Shown here piece after piece: positions 30,101-39,281 of a DNA stretch of 64,000 nucleotides (position 1 is the stretch's first letter; every line of letters begins with the position of its first letter). A program made the translations under genes and the position numbers. Below the pieces are notes generated by a model. The model ran no database searches. It saw only the letters and a list, made by a program, of their open reading frames with translations, and was not told the origin of the DNA. The DNA is from an uncultured Acidobacteriota bacterium. Its GTDB lineage: Bacteria; Acidobacteriota; Terriglobia; UBA7540. Location of the stretch: positions 1,568,001 to 1,632,000 of the forward strand of contig CAWDSK010000006.1 of assembly GCA_963804995.1 (NCBI GenBank), in the 5' to 3' direction.

Positions 30101-30655
30101 GTCACCCACAACTTCGTCATGAGTTACAGCTACCGGATACCCTTTGACAAACTGGGGCACTCCAACCGCTTGACCAATGGCTGGGTCCTCAACGGAATTA
30201 CGCGCTTCGCCACGGGCTTTCCGGTGTATCTCACGGAAGGTGACGATAATTCGCTCCTGGGGACTTTCGGTACAGGTCAGGGCAATATGATCGATGTGCC
30301 GAACCGCCTCCCGGGCTCGCTCAACATCACCGATCCCCGCAAGGGAGATCCGGCCAGCGGGACGAATCCCTACTTCAACACTTCTTTGTTCGTAAGAGAG
30401 TCCCTTGGCCAGCTCGGCAATTCCAATCGCCGGTTTTTCCACGGACCGGGTTTCAACAACTTTGACCTGTCCGTGACCAAAGACCTCAAACTGACGGAAT
30501 CAAAATCCCTGCAATTCCGGGGCGAGTTCTTCAACACCTTCAATCATGCCCAATTCTGGGGCCCCACGGGGGAAATCGTAAACGCCAATTTCGGCTTTGT
30601 GACCAGCGCGCACGATCCTCGCATCGGCCAGGTTGGCATGAAGTTCATCTTCTAG
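27124..30655 (+). CDS. TonB-dependent receptor (carboxypeptidase-regulatory N-domain, Oar-like); 1-bp frameshift at ~27304
   Basis: Signal peptide plus SISGTVTDPTGAVIPGA; removing one A gives TSTQTNAQGFYSFP continuing into LPLNGRSY...KSGTNQFHG...PRIGQVGMKFIF. Confidence 0.9.
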
Positions 30656-30671
30656 TGAGTCTCGATGGTCT

Positions 30672-30694
30672 GGGGCGGGAGCCGATCCCGCCCC
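30672..30694 (+). terminator. GC-rich hairpin after the receptor gene
   Basis: GGGGCGGGA-gccga-TCCCGCCCC; no U-tract. Confidence 0.35.
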
Positions 30695-30936
30695 GGGCCG
30701 CGGGGCATAGGACAAACAAAGAGTAGGGGCTGCAATTACGGCGTGGCTAATGAGTTTACGTCCCACGCCGTGCCCTTCCAACTGCCCTCAGAGCATCCCA
30801 GCGTGGTGAGAAACCCGATCTAACAACAATTAACACGCAGGTAATGGCCGAGGTGATTGGCTTGTTGTATACTTGCCGCTTGTCACACCGCTTGTGCGGT
30901 GGTGCATATCCCATAATTTCTCCATAGGGGCGCCAC

Positions 30937-31791
30937 GTGGAAGTTGTCGACAAACGTCGCAGCGATCGCGTTCATGTTGAGTTGCGTATTCAATTGAGTG
31001 GAGTAGACGCCGCGGGGAAGATCTTCACGGAGCAGACTCGCACGCTGGTGGTCAACCGGCACGGCGCGAAGGTTGTCTCCCAGAACGTCCTCCTCCCGCA
31101 ACAGGCCATAAGCCTCCGTTGCATCAGGACCGGCCAGGAAACGCTTGCCCGGGTGACGGGTCAAATCGATCACCACGGCAACGAGATTCACTACGGTCTG
31201 GAGATATCGGACCTGAGTGCGAATATTTGGGGCATTGAGTTCCCCGAGCTGGCGGAATCAGACCTTGCTGCCGGACGGGTGCTGCTCGAGTGCCTGGGGT
31301 GCCATGTCCAGCAGATCATTCACCTGGACGCGTTTGCCCTGGAAGTTCTGGTGGCCAATCAGTGCCTGGTGCGGCCCTGCTCGCGATGCACCGACCGGCG
31401 GGTCAGTGTGTGGAAGCGGCCCTCCCTGGAGGAGATCGACGTGCCCCCCGCCCGCGCAAATCCTCTACCTCCCCGCATCAGCGACAACCGAAAACAAATG
31501 CGTCTAAGTTTAAAGACGGAAGTCTGCCTTCGTCATCCCGAATTAGGCGACGAGGTGGCCATTACCGACAACGTTTCCGGTGGGGGGATTCGTTTCAAGA
31601 GTCATCGTCGCTACAATGTGGGCACGGTCCTGAGCGCCGCGTTGCCCTATACGCCGGGCACGCCTTTTGTTTTTTCCCCTGTCTGCGTCGTGTACGCCGA
31701 GGAGCTGCCCGCGGAAGGGGCCTTCGCGTATGGTGTTACCTTCGTGCAAGCCGATAAGCCCGATAAAGCCCGCGCTCAGGGAGCCGGCTAG
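30937..31791 (+). CDS. Tandem PilZ-domain protein with central CxxC...CxxC
   Basis: DKRRSDR...VVNRHGA, then DNRKQMR...DNVSGGGI; CLGC and CSRC between the domains. Confidence 0.75.
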   Translation: MEVVDKRRSDRVHVELRIQLSGVDAAGKIFTEQTRTLVVNRHGAKVVSQNVLLPQQAISLRCIRTGQETLARVTGQIDHHGNEIHYGLEISDLSANIWGIEFPELAESDLAAGRVLLECLGCHVQQIIHLDAFALEVLVANQCLVRPCSRCTDRRVSVWKRPSLEEIDVPPARANPLPPRISDNRKQMRLSLKTEVCLRHPELGDEVAITDNVSGGGIRFKSHRRYNVGTVLSAALPYTPGTPFVFSPVCVVYAEELPAEGAFAYGVTFVQADKPDKARAQGAG

Positions 31792-32678
31792 GTCCGCACT
31801 TTCACGCCGGCCAGCTCTTCCAAAAACGTAACGATGGCGGCGTAATCCAACTCGCCTTTGCCCTGCGCCTTGGCGGCCATATAAACCTCTTTCACGGCCG
31901 CGAGAGTGGGCATGGGAACGCCTTGCGCGTAGCCGGCTTCAGCCGCCAGTTCCAAATCCTTGTGCATGAGCTTGAGCGGGAAATAAGGGGTAAAGTCGCC
32001 CTTGAAGATGAAGGGAGCCTTGAAGTCAGTCAGCGCTCCGCGCGCCAGGCTGGACTGAATAATTTCCATCATGGTCTCCGGCCGCACCCCGGCTTTGGTA
32101 GCCAGCACAAAGCCTTCGCAGAAGACCTCGAGCACCGTGGCCTGGATGGTGTTTTGCGCGAGCTTGGCAGACAGACCAAGCCCATGCGATCCGCAATAGA
32201 TGTGCTTCTTGCCGAGCACCTGGAGGGTGGGCAGAGCGCGGTCGAAAGCCTCGCGGTCGCCGCCGATCATGAACGTCAGTTCCCCTTTTTCCGCGCCGTG
32301 CTTGGAGCCGGTCACCGGCGCGTCTAGCCAGGTGGCGCCTTTGCCCGCCACCAGGCAAGCCATCTTGCGGCTGACGACGGGGCTGATGGTGCTGGAATCG
32401 ATCACCAGCGTGCCGGGCCTGACCGATTCCAGAATCCCTCCCGTGCCGGTCACCACCGCTTCCACCGCCGGAGGGTCGCTGACAATCATCATGACGACTT
32501 CGGCATCGCGCGCGGCATCGGCGGGCGAAGTGGCCACGCGCGCGCCCGCTGCCTCGAGCGCCGCGGTCTTCCCCGCCGTACGGTTATAGACCGCAAGCTT
32601 GTGACCCGCCTTAATTAAGTTCAGCGCCATGGGCTGCCCCATGATTCCGAGTCCAATGAATCCGATCGATTGCGCCAT
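31788..32678 (-). CDS. NAD(P)-dependent beta-hydroxyacid dehydrogenase (GarR/MmsB family)
   Basis: IGFIGLGIMGQPMA, DAPVTGS, FMIGG, AKLAQN and FPLKLMHKDL motifs. Confidence 0.9.
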   Translation of the reverse strand: MAQSIGFIGLGIMGQPMALNLIKAGHKLAVYNRTAGKTAALEAAGARVATSPADAARDAEVVMMIVSDPPAVEAVVTGTGGILESVRPGTLVIDSSTISPVVSRKMACLVAGKGATWLDAPVTGSKHGAEKGELTFMIGGDREAFDRALPTLQVLGKKHIYCGSHGLGLSAKLAQNTIQATVLEVFCEGFVLATKAGVRPETMMEIIQSSLARGALTDFKAPFIFKGDFTPYFPLKLMHKDLELAAEAGYAQGVPMPTLAAVKEVYMAAKAQGKGELDYAAIVTFLEELAGVKVRT

Positions 32679-32702
32679 GTGTTTCCTCCTGGAGTTTGTA
32701 AG

Positions 32703-32954
32703 GGCGGGGCTTATGGTTTTGAATTCCTAGAATTCTCAAACGCCCCGCGCGGGGAAGTAACCCCTCATCCGTCCTCCTACGTCGGCCACCTTCTCCCCCT
32801 AGGAGAAGGCTGGGATTCACGATGCCTAGCCCTCTCCGAGGGGAGAGGGTGGACCGCCGCCGGCGTTTTCATCAGCCGGGGCGGGACGGGTGAGGGGTCA
32901 CTTGGGCCTTTGAGAATTCTACAAGTTAGGAATTCAAAAACCATAAGCCCCGCC
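32703..32954. mobile_element. Hairpin repeat containing a TA-flanked MITE (32728..32921) with REP cargo
   Basis: Outer IR GGCGGGGCTTATGGTTTTGAATTCCTA / TAGGAATTCAAAAACCATAAGCCCCGCC; inner TAGAATTCTCAAA...TTTGAGAATTCTA. Confidence 0.75.
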
Positions 32955-32993
32955 AGTACAAGCCCTCCCTGATTATTCCCACGCCCCGCGGCC

Positions 32994-33072
32994 AGCTAAG
33001 TCTCAAGCTGAAACCTGATAGCTGATCGCTGACCGCTTATAGCTGAGGGCTGATAGCTGAAAGCTGATAGCT
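32994..33072 (-). repeat. Solo heptamer array (AGCTGAW family)
   Basis: Degenerate 7-mers like those at 18694-18788. Confidence 0.8.
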
Positions 33073-33804
33073 TTACGTCATATACCACCCGCCATCCACG
33101 TTGATCGTCTGCCCGGTGATGTAACCGTTGCCCGCCAGCAGCACGGCCACGTCCGCGACTTCCTCGACTTTGCCGAATCGCCCCACGGGGACAAGGTCCT
33201 GACGCGCGCGCGGATTCGCCGCCACCATCTGGGTGTAGACAAGCGCCGGCGCGATGGCATTCACGGTAATGCCCTCACCCGCCAGGAGCCCGGCATAGGA
33301 ATGTGTCAACCCCAGCATGCCAGCCTTGGACGCGGCGTAGTGCGGTCCCACCACTCCGCCCGTATGTGCCGCCACCGAGGAGATATTGATAATGCGGCCC
33401 CAGCGGCGCGCCCGCATTCCCGGCACTACTCGCTGCGTGACCAGGAAGGCGGACTTAAGATTCACCGCCAGGAGTTCGTCCCAGTCTTCTTCACGAATCT
33501 CTTCGAGCGCCTGGGGTCGCGTAATCCCGGCATTATTGACCAGGATTTCGATGGGCCCTAATCCCTGTTCGACGGCGTTCACCAGGCGCGCCACCTCCAC
33601 GGATTTCGAAACATCACCCTGCACAGCCAACGCCCGCCGTCCCGTGTACCGGAGGAGATCGCAGACGTCCTCGGCCTCCGTCTGATGCCGAAAGTAATTG
33701 ACGGCCACGTCCACGCCGGCTTTGCCCAGGGCTGCGGCAATGGCCCGGCCGATCCCCAGACTCGCGCCGGTCACCAGAGCAACTTTGCCTGTAAGGTCAT
33801 CCAT
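33073..33804 (-). CDS. SDR oxidoreductase (FabG-like)
   Basis: VTGASLGIG, LVNNAGI, YAASKAG and ITGQTINVDGG motifs. Confidence 0.9.
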   Translation of the reverse strand: MDDLTGKVALVTGASLGIGRAIAAALGKAGVDVAVNYFRHQTEAEDVCDLLRYTGRRALAVQGDVSKSVEVARLVNAVEQGLGPIEILVNNAGITRPQALEEIREEDWDELLAVNLKSAFLVTQRVVPGMRARRWGRIINISSVAAHTGGVVGPHYAASKAGMLGLTHSYAGLLAGEGITVNAIAPALVYTQMVAANPRARQDLVPVGRFGKVEEVADVAVLLAGNGYITGQTINVDGGWYMT

Positions 33805-34102
33805 GATGGTGGCGGGACCAACGTCCCGAAGTAGCGCCTGCTCAAATCACGGTGCAGATAATTGATTTTGTAACGCTGACCGGAACCTGTCCCGACCTCG
33901 GTCGGGAGGTCGGCACTGCATGACATGGCGATCATGCCGACCTAAAGGTTCTTGAATCCCTGGAATCCTCAAACGCCCACGTAACCCCTCACCCGTCCCG
34001 CCCCGGCTGATGAGAACGCCGGTTGCGGTCCACCCTCTCCCCCCGGAGAGGGCTGTTAATCAAGGTGGGTGCTCATTCGGCATACGAAGAGCAAGTGTAG
34101 CG

Positions 34103-36015
34103 GTTGCGGTAGGGATACCGGTTACCCGGTACCCCCCGCACGGATCCGTACGTGCGCTGGTTAGCGCATACGGCTCTTATCTCGGATGTGTGGCGGCGAA
34201 CCGTTGGGATGGCCAAGGATGCACAACGTGCGGAGCAGGCAACCAGCAGGCCGCAAGCTTCCCCAGTCGGTCCCAGTTGAGGCGGTGGCGTTGACTGCGT
34301 TGACGCAGTTGTGTTCGCCACAGTCGGGTCAACCGTTCCCGAAAGATTCGCAGGCGGTTGAGGTTTCCCGGTACCGCGTGATAGTTGAAGTAGCCTTGCA
34401 CGACCGACCGGAGCCATTTACCCGTATCCGCGATGGGATCGTGCCGACGCTGCCGGAGTTGTTGCTTGAGTTCCTGCAACTTCCCCCGCAGGCGCTTGCT
34501 GATCGTCTTCCGCTTCACGGTAAATTGCCCCCTCCGGTTCTTCCCGCTGATATGCGTGAAGCCCAGAAAGTCGAACGTCTCCGGCTTACCTTCTCCTCTC
34601 CGTTTCCGGTAAAGTTCGGCAAACGGCCCGAACTCGATCCGGCGCGTTTTGTCAGGATGCAGTTCCAATCCAAACTTCCCCACCCGCTCCCGGAAATCCT
34701 CCAGAAAGCGGTCGGCTTCCGTCTGCGATTGGAATCCAAGGACCGTATCGTCGGCATACCGCACCACGACCACGTCTCCCCGGGCGTGCTTCTTGCGCCA
34801 CGCCTGCACCCACAGGTCAAAGACGTAGTGCAGATAGATATTCGCCAGCAGGGGCGAGACCACCGCCCCTTGTGGCGTACCCATCTCCGTCTCCGACCAT
34901 TCGCCTTCCTCCCTCACCCCGGCTTTCAGCCATTTCTGGATGAGCCGGAGAATCCGGGGGTCGGCGACGCGATGCTGCACGAACTTGAGCATCCATTCGT
35001 GGGATATCGAATCGAAAAATCCACGAATGTCCGCGTCAAGAACGTAGTTCACGTGCTTCACCGTGAGCGCGTACGAGAGCGCGTCCAGCGCTTGATGCTG
35101 GCTGCATCCCGGTCGAAAGCCATACGAGAAGCCCAGAAAGTCTTCCTCGTAAATCGCATTGAGGATGGTGACCACGGCCTGTTGGACGATCTTGTCCTCC
35201 AGTGCCGCAACCCCCAACGGACGTTGCCGCCCGTCGCCTTTCGGGATATACGCCCTTCGCGAGGGCTTCGCTCGGAATGCTCCGCGGTGGACCCGGCTGT
35301 GCAGATCGACGAGTCGACCTTCCAGCCCGCTTTCATACTCCTGCCACGTCATGCCGTCTACTCCCGGTGCAGCTTTTCGCTTCAAGGCGTAAAAGCTTTC
35401 CCGCAGCAGATCGACCGTTAAGTGGTGGAGCAAGGCCGTGAACTTCATCTCCCTGTGTTCCTTCGCGGCTTTCCGCACACCCGCGAGTCCCTGGGACACG
35501 CGTGCCCCGCTCTGTGTCGGGTGCGTGTTAGGCCAACGGGTGTTCTCCTTGATCAGCGGCCTTCCCTCCTCATTCTCCGCCAACGGCTTCCCGTCTTTGT
35601 TCAAATGATTCATCGGTACTGTTCCGCTGTCCGACTCCTCGAGAGCGTGCAGGCGGGCTGTACGGCCATCGCCTTTTCCCGCCGTCCGGCCACGATCTAC
35701 GGCGGCCGGCGCCTCCGAGGTCTCCCGGTTCTCGTGCAGAAAGTGTCTAGGCGTGTCTGGGGTCTACGACTACGCAGGACTGTGCCGGAACTCGCGTTGG
35801 CGTCCCGGCCTCATGTTGCCTTCCGTTTAGTCTGAAAACGTCGGCGTCCTGATTGGACATTTTCGAAGCTCAATACCCAGCCCACCTATTCCCCTGTTTA
35901 CGCTTCACCGTGCGCCTCACGACGCCCAGCGCAAAACTCGGGGCCGAGTGGATCGCTGCTCCTTCCTCGTGAGAAATTTTCATTCTCTGCTTTCTGCCGG
36001 TTTATCCCGGCGCAC
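34103..36015 (-). mobile_element. Group II intron (1913 nt) inserted in a GTAG-REP
   Basis: 5' GTGCG at 36015; domain V GAGCCGTATGCGCT-AACC-AGCGCACGTACGGATC; domain VI ending ...CTACCGCAAC at 34103; joined flanks rebuild a REP hairpin. Confidence 0.93.
34177..35613 (-). CDS. ltrA: Group II intron reverse transcriptase/maturase, no endonuclease domain evident (true start uncertain)
   Basis: APGVDG, YIPK.DGRQRPLG...EDKIVQ, SYGFRPG, DADIRGFFD, GTPQG, RYADD and FDFLGF motifs; X domain with GYFNYH. Confidence 0.95.
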   Translation of the reverse strand: MNHLNKDGKPLAENEEGRPLIKENTRWPNTHPTQSGARVSQGLAGVRKAAKEHREMKFTALLHHLTVDLLRESFYALKRKAAPGVDGMTWQEYESGLEGRLVDLHSRVHRGAFRAKPSRRAYIPKGDGRQRPLGVAALEDKIVQQAVVTILNAIYEEDFLGFSYGFRPGCSQHQALDALSYALTVKHVNYVLDADIRGFFDSISHEWMLKFVQHRVADPRILRLIQKWLKAGVREEGEWSETEMGTPQGAVVSPLLANIYLHYVFDLWVQAWRKKHARGDVVVVRYADDTVLGFQSQTEADRFLEDFRERVGKFGLELHPDKTRRIEFGPFAELYRKRRGEGKPETFDFLGFTHISGKNRRGQFTVKRKTISKRLRGKLQELKQQLRQRRHDPIADTGKWLRSVVQGYFNYHAVPGNLNRLRIFRERLTRLWRTQLRQRSQRHRLNWDRLGKLAACWLPAPHVVHPWPSQRFAATHPR

Positions 36016-36140
36016 CAGACCTCCGCTTTTGAGGTCTGCAGTTCTTCATTAGACTCGCGCCACTGAATCCGAGGCCAGCTCCGCACGTTGAGATTTCGCG
36101 TGAAGAGCCGCGGACCTCAACAGCGGAGGTCCACGCTACA
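36016..36140. repeat. REPIN whose left REP is split by the intron
   Basis: cagacctcc-gcttt-tgaggtctgc and ccgcggacctc-aacagcg-gaggtccacgctaca. Confidence 0.8.
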
Positions 36141-36156
36141 AGTCCTCTACAAATTC

Positions 36157-37506
36157 TCAAGCCCCGAAGTTGAGCCACAACCGCACGTCGCGAACATTGT
36201 TATCCGTGAATCCGGTATCCAGCGTGTCGCCCAAGGTGCGGAAAAACGAATAGGAATCGCTTGCGGCATGGTAGGCGGCAGCGTCGAGACCCAGAGCCTG
36301 CGCGCGCGAGGTGGTGTTGCCGTCGGCCACCGCGCCGCTGGTGGGACTGTTGCCGTCGCGCCCGTCGGTGCCAGCGCTCAGGACGACGCGATGCTGTCCC
36401 GCAATTCTTTGCGCAGCGTAAAGCACAAAAGCCTGGTTGCGCCCCCCCACCCCCAGGCCCGTCACCGGGCAGGTAACCTCTCCGCCGATCACCAGGCACA
36501 CGGGCTGGCCCCGTTGCGCCTTGGAAAGCGTGTCAAGTGCGGCCAGGTTTGAGTGCACCACCTGCTGGTAGTCGGCGTCCCAAATACCTCGGTCGAGCTC
36601 CGCGGTAAACCCGAGCTTTTCCGCAGCCGTCAGGGCGGCGCCCACCGCATCGTGGTTCGATAGCAGGCAGAAGTATTGCGAGTTCTCAAAGCGCGCCTCG
36701 CCGGGCTTGGGAGTCTCCAGCAGTTCCCGGCGCTCAAAGAATTTGCGAACGCTTGTGGGGAATTGCCGCACCAGGTTGTTGTCAACTGCCAATTCGTACG
36801 TCTCTTCCGCCGTGGATTCATCGGGCATAGTGGGGCCGGAAGCGACCATCGACGGCAGGTCGTCGGGGACGTTGGAAATATAGATGGTGAGTTGCTGCGC
36901 CGGATGCGCCCGCGCGCCCAGCCTTCCGCCCTTGACCGCCGATAGGTGCTTGCGCAGCACATTGATCTTCTCGATGGGGAGGTGCGAGGTCACCAGCACG
37001 CGGTTGAATTCGATAAGGTCGGCAAGCGTGATGCTGGCGTCAATGGGTTGCGCAAAAAGCGCGGAGCCTCCACCAGAGACGAGGAAGATGACCGCATCGT
37101 CGCGGGTCAGATTGGTGACCAGATCGAGCGCCGCCTGCGCGCCATCCAGGCTGCTGTGGGTGGGATAGGGATGGCCGCCCACGAAATAATGGAAGCTATC
37201 GAGCTTCGTCGCTTTTTCCGCCGGCCCTACTGCCACGCCCGCCTGGATGCGTCCGTCCAGAATTTCGTCCAGCACGGCAGCCATGCGGTTGGCGGCCTTG
37301 CCAAACGCCACCACGCGCGGAGGCCGCGGCAGGGGAAGCGAAATTCCATTGGCCAGCAGCGTGTTGCCCTCGAACTTCAGCTTCGCCAGCATGGCGTTGC
37401 GCACGTCGATGGTCGCCATGGTCTCATGGAAAATCTGGCGCGCCAGTTGCTTCCCCTGGGCATAGGGAAGCTTCATGAGGGCTGCGGATTGGGCGGGGTT
37501 GGTCAT
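36157..37506 (-). CDS. Glycerate 2-kinase (DUF4147/MOFRL)
   Basis: FGKAA, GGHPYP, LVSGGGSAL, RKHLSAVKGG, GGRNQ, GTDGRDGNS and TDNNVRD motifs. Confidence 0.9.
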   Translation of the reverse strand: MTNPAQSAALMKLPYAQGKQLARQIFHETMATIDVRNAMLAKLKFEGNTLLANGISLPLPRPPRVVAFGKAANRMAAVLDEILDGRIQAGVAVGPAEKATKLDSFHYFVGGHPYPTHSSLDGAQAALDLVTNLTRDDAVIFLVSGGGSALFAQPIDASITLADLIEFNRVLVTSHLPIEKINVLRKHLSAVKGGRLGARAHPAQQLTIYISNVPDDLPSMVASGPTMPDESTAEETYELAVDNNLVRQFPTSVRKFFERRELLETPKPGEARFENSQYFCLLSNHDAVGAALTAAEKLGFTAELDRGIWDADYQQVVHSNLAALDTLSKAQRGQPVCLVIGGEVTCPVTGLGVGGRNQAFVLYAAQRIAGQHRVVLSAGTDGRDGNSPTSGAVADGNTTSRAQALGLDAAAYHAASDSYSFFRTLGDTLDTGFTDNNVRDVRLWLNFGA

Positions 37507-37937
37507 CAGGACATCCTCTGCAGCGCGTCTACACCAGCTTGCGCCACCAGAACGTCTTCATCCTCAGTGCCGGCGCTGACTCCGATGCCACCCACGCATT
37601 GGCCGTCCACAACGAGCGGCAATCCACCGCGAATGCAGGTCAGCTTGCCGTCGGTGGCTAGCGCCAGGCCCAGTGAGAGCATCACGCTGGGTTCACCTTT
37701 GGCGGGCGAAGGACCCGTGGCCGCGCGGCGCAGCGCCGCAGCCCGAGCCTTGGTAAGCGCCACCTCGGAAGAGGAAAGCTTGGCGCCGTCCATGCGGGCA
37801 AAGGCCAGCAGGTAGGCTCCCTCATCCACAATGGCAATGTTTTGCGGGACTTTGATTTCGCGCGCCTTCGCCTCCGCCGCGGCAAGGATGGCGCGCGCGC
37901 CTTCAAGCGTCAGACGAATGTTGTTCCGGGTCAGCAT
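37506..37937 (-). CDS. GlcG/HbpS family heme-binding protein
   Basis: IAIVDEG..LAFARMDGA, ALTKARAA and GGLPL...GGIGVSAG..DED motifs. Confidence 0.9.
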   Translation of the reverse strand: MLTRNNIRLTLEGARAILAAAEAKAREIKVPQNIAIVDEGAYLLAFARMDGAKLSSSEVALTKARAAALRRAATGPSPAKGEPSVMLSLGLALATDGKLTCIRGGLPLVVDGQCVGGIGVSAGTEDEDVLVAQAGVDALQRMS

Positions 37938-38067
37938 GCCTCCATTATTGGGAACCCGGCGGGGAAACGCAAGGGAGTTCGGGTAGTGGTGCAGTTTGAT
38001 GTTGTAGCGGCGAGTTTACCTCGCCATAGGGCGGCGGAGCCGCAACCAAAACGTGACACGGGCGGGA

Positions 38068-38215
38068 GAAGCTGTGAAATAATTCAGGAAAGAGCAAAAT
38101 CATTTCACGCAAAGGCGCAAAGTCGATGAGGCGCAAAGAAAACAAAGCAGTTGTTCATTCACAGTCTTTGCGTCTTGGCGCCTTTGCGTGAAATTGTTTA
38201 TTTTTTCACAGCTTC
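38068..38215. mobile_element. MITE (GAAGCTGTGAAA ends) with 3-bp target duplication GGA
   Basis: GGA on both flanks; removal rebuilds hairpin CACGGGCG-GGA-CGCCCGTG. Confidence 0.8.
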
Positions 38216-38276
38216 GGACGCCCGTGGCACAACGTAGGGCCCAGCGGCGAAAGAATCGAGTCCAGATCATGGTGTT

Positions 38277-38382
38277 CTCAGCTTTCAGCTATCAGGTCTT
38301 AGCTATCAGCTCTCAGCTATCAGCGATCAGCCACGGCCTCCTGGCCCACCGGGTCTTTAGCTGGGAGCTGAGAGCTGATCGC
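38277..38382. repeat. Solo heptamer array with a short inverted partner (TCAGCNN family)
   Basis: ctcagctttcagctatcaggtcttagctatcagc... and agctgggagctgagagctgatcgc. Confidence 0.75.
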
Positions 38383-38383
38383 T

Positions 38384-38422
38384 TCATTCATACCTCAGCG
38401 CCATCATGGGATCGACCTTCGC
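38384..38422 (-). pseudogene. C-terminal remnant of an ABC/ADOP-type permease
   Basis: Reads AKVDPMMALRYE*, truncated by a REP. Confidence 0.6.
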
Positions 38423-38469
38423 GGGTGGCGCATACGTGCCGCCTTTTGGCATGTATGCGATCACAACAT

Positions 38470-38610
38470 TCAGTCCATAGAGAGCATGGAGTCATCCTTC
38501 AGAAAATAAAATCTCCAACGGGACCACGGCCAGTCGCCGGGTTTCTCAACCAATTTGCGGGTAACCAGAGGCAGGTGATTGAGACCGTAGAAATGTTTCT
38601 GCCGGGGCAC
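38470..38610 (-). pseudogene. Internally deleted RAYT (46 aa) between two REPs
   Basis: VPRQKHFYGLNHL joined to PLVTRKLVEKPGDWPWSRWRFY...MD*; HUH core missing; REPs at ~38423-38460 and ~38636-38673. Confidence 0.65.
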
Positions 38611-38756
38611 CCGGTCATCTTACTACCTTTGAAGGCCGCATACGAACGCAAAGAACGCGTACGTCTGCGCTACCGCTACGCATACGGGCCGACCGCTGGG
38701 GCCCTGAGAGTTCACGCGGGAGTGGGAAGGACGCACCCAGCGCCGCTTGACGCCCG

Positions 38757-38906
38757 GACCTCACCTCGCGCCCTTTGCGCTTCATTCTGGTACGTGAATA
38801 CTTGATTGCCTACGCGCCCGAGGAAAAACCTTTGTGGGTTGTCGCCGTCATGCACGGACGGCGCAGCCCGCGCATCATGGCCGCAATTCTCAGAGGCAGA
38901 GATTAA
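38757..38906 (+). pseudogene. 3' half of a RelE/ParE-family toxin gene
   Basis: DLTSRPLRFILVREYLIAYAPEEKPLWVVAVMHGRRSPR...*; no start codon. Confidence 0.7.
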
Positions 38907-38946
38907 CTCCCACCCCCCTGTGTTTTTCTTGACAGAAGAATTCTGC

Positions 38947-38975
38947 TTGTATAGTGTAACGATACGCCATACACT
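38947..38975 (+). promoter_or_regulatory. Putative higBA sigma70 promoter overlapping an imperfect operator palindrome
   Basis: TTGTAT-N17-TACACT; tgtaacgatacgccataca lies in the spacer. Confidence 0.5.
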
Positions 38976-38989
38976 TGAAAGGACGGAGC

Positions 38990-39268
38990 GTGATCGAGAG
39001 CATAAAACACAAAGGTCTTAAACGGCTCTATGAGAAAAACGACCGCAGCGGCATCCGGCCCGATCTGGTGGACAAGGTGCAGAAAATTCTCTCCGCTTTG
39101 GAAGCGGCGGAAGGCCCCGGCGATATGGTCCTGCCCCTGTTCCGGTTTCATCCGCTAACAGGAAACCGGCGCGGCACGTACTCAGTCACGGTTAAGGCCA
39201 ATTGGCGCGTTACGTTCAGCTTTCGGCAAGGAGCCGCTTGCGACGTGGATTTAGAGGATTATCACTAA
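38990..39268 (+). CDS. higB: HigB-like toxin (plasmid maintenance killer, RelE family)
   Basis: IESIKHKGLKRLYE...FHPLTGNRRGTYSVTVKANWRVTFSF...DVDLEDYH. Confidence 0.88.
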   Translation: MIESIKHKGLKRLYEKNDRSGIRPDLVDKVQKILSALEAAEGPGDMVLPLFRFHPLTGNRRGTYSVTVKANWRVTFSFRQGAACDVDLEDYH

Positions 39269-39281
39269 CGGAGGACAGAAC

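Noticed and set aside
12427..35613. Diversity-generating retroelement (RT, Avd-like four-helix bundle and repeated gene 3' ends)
   Set aside because: The RT lies inside a complete group II intron, about 15 kb from the four-helix gene. The SDR remnants differ by indels and mostly GC-to-AT changes, not adenine-specific substitutions.
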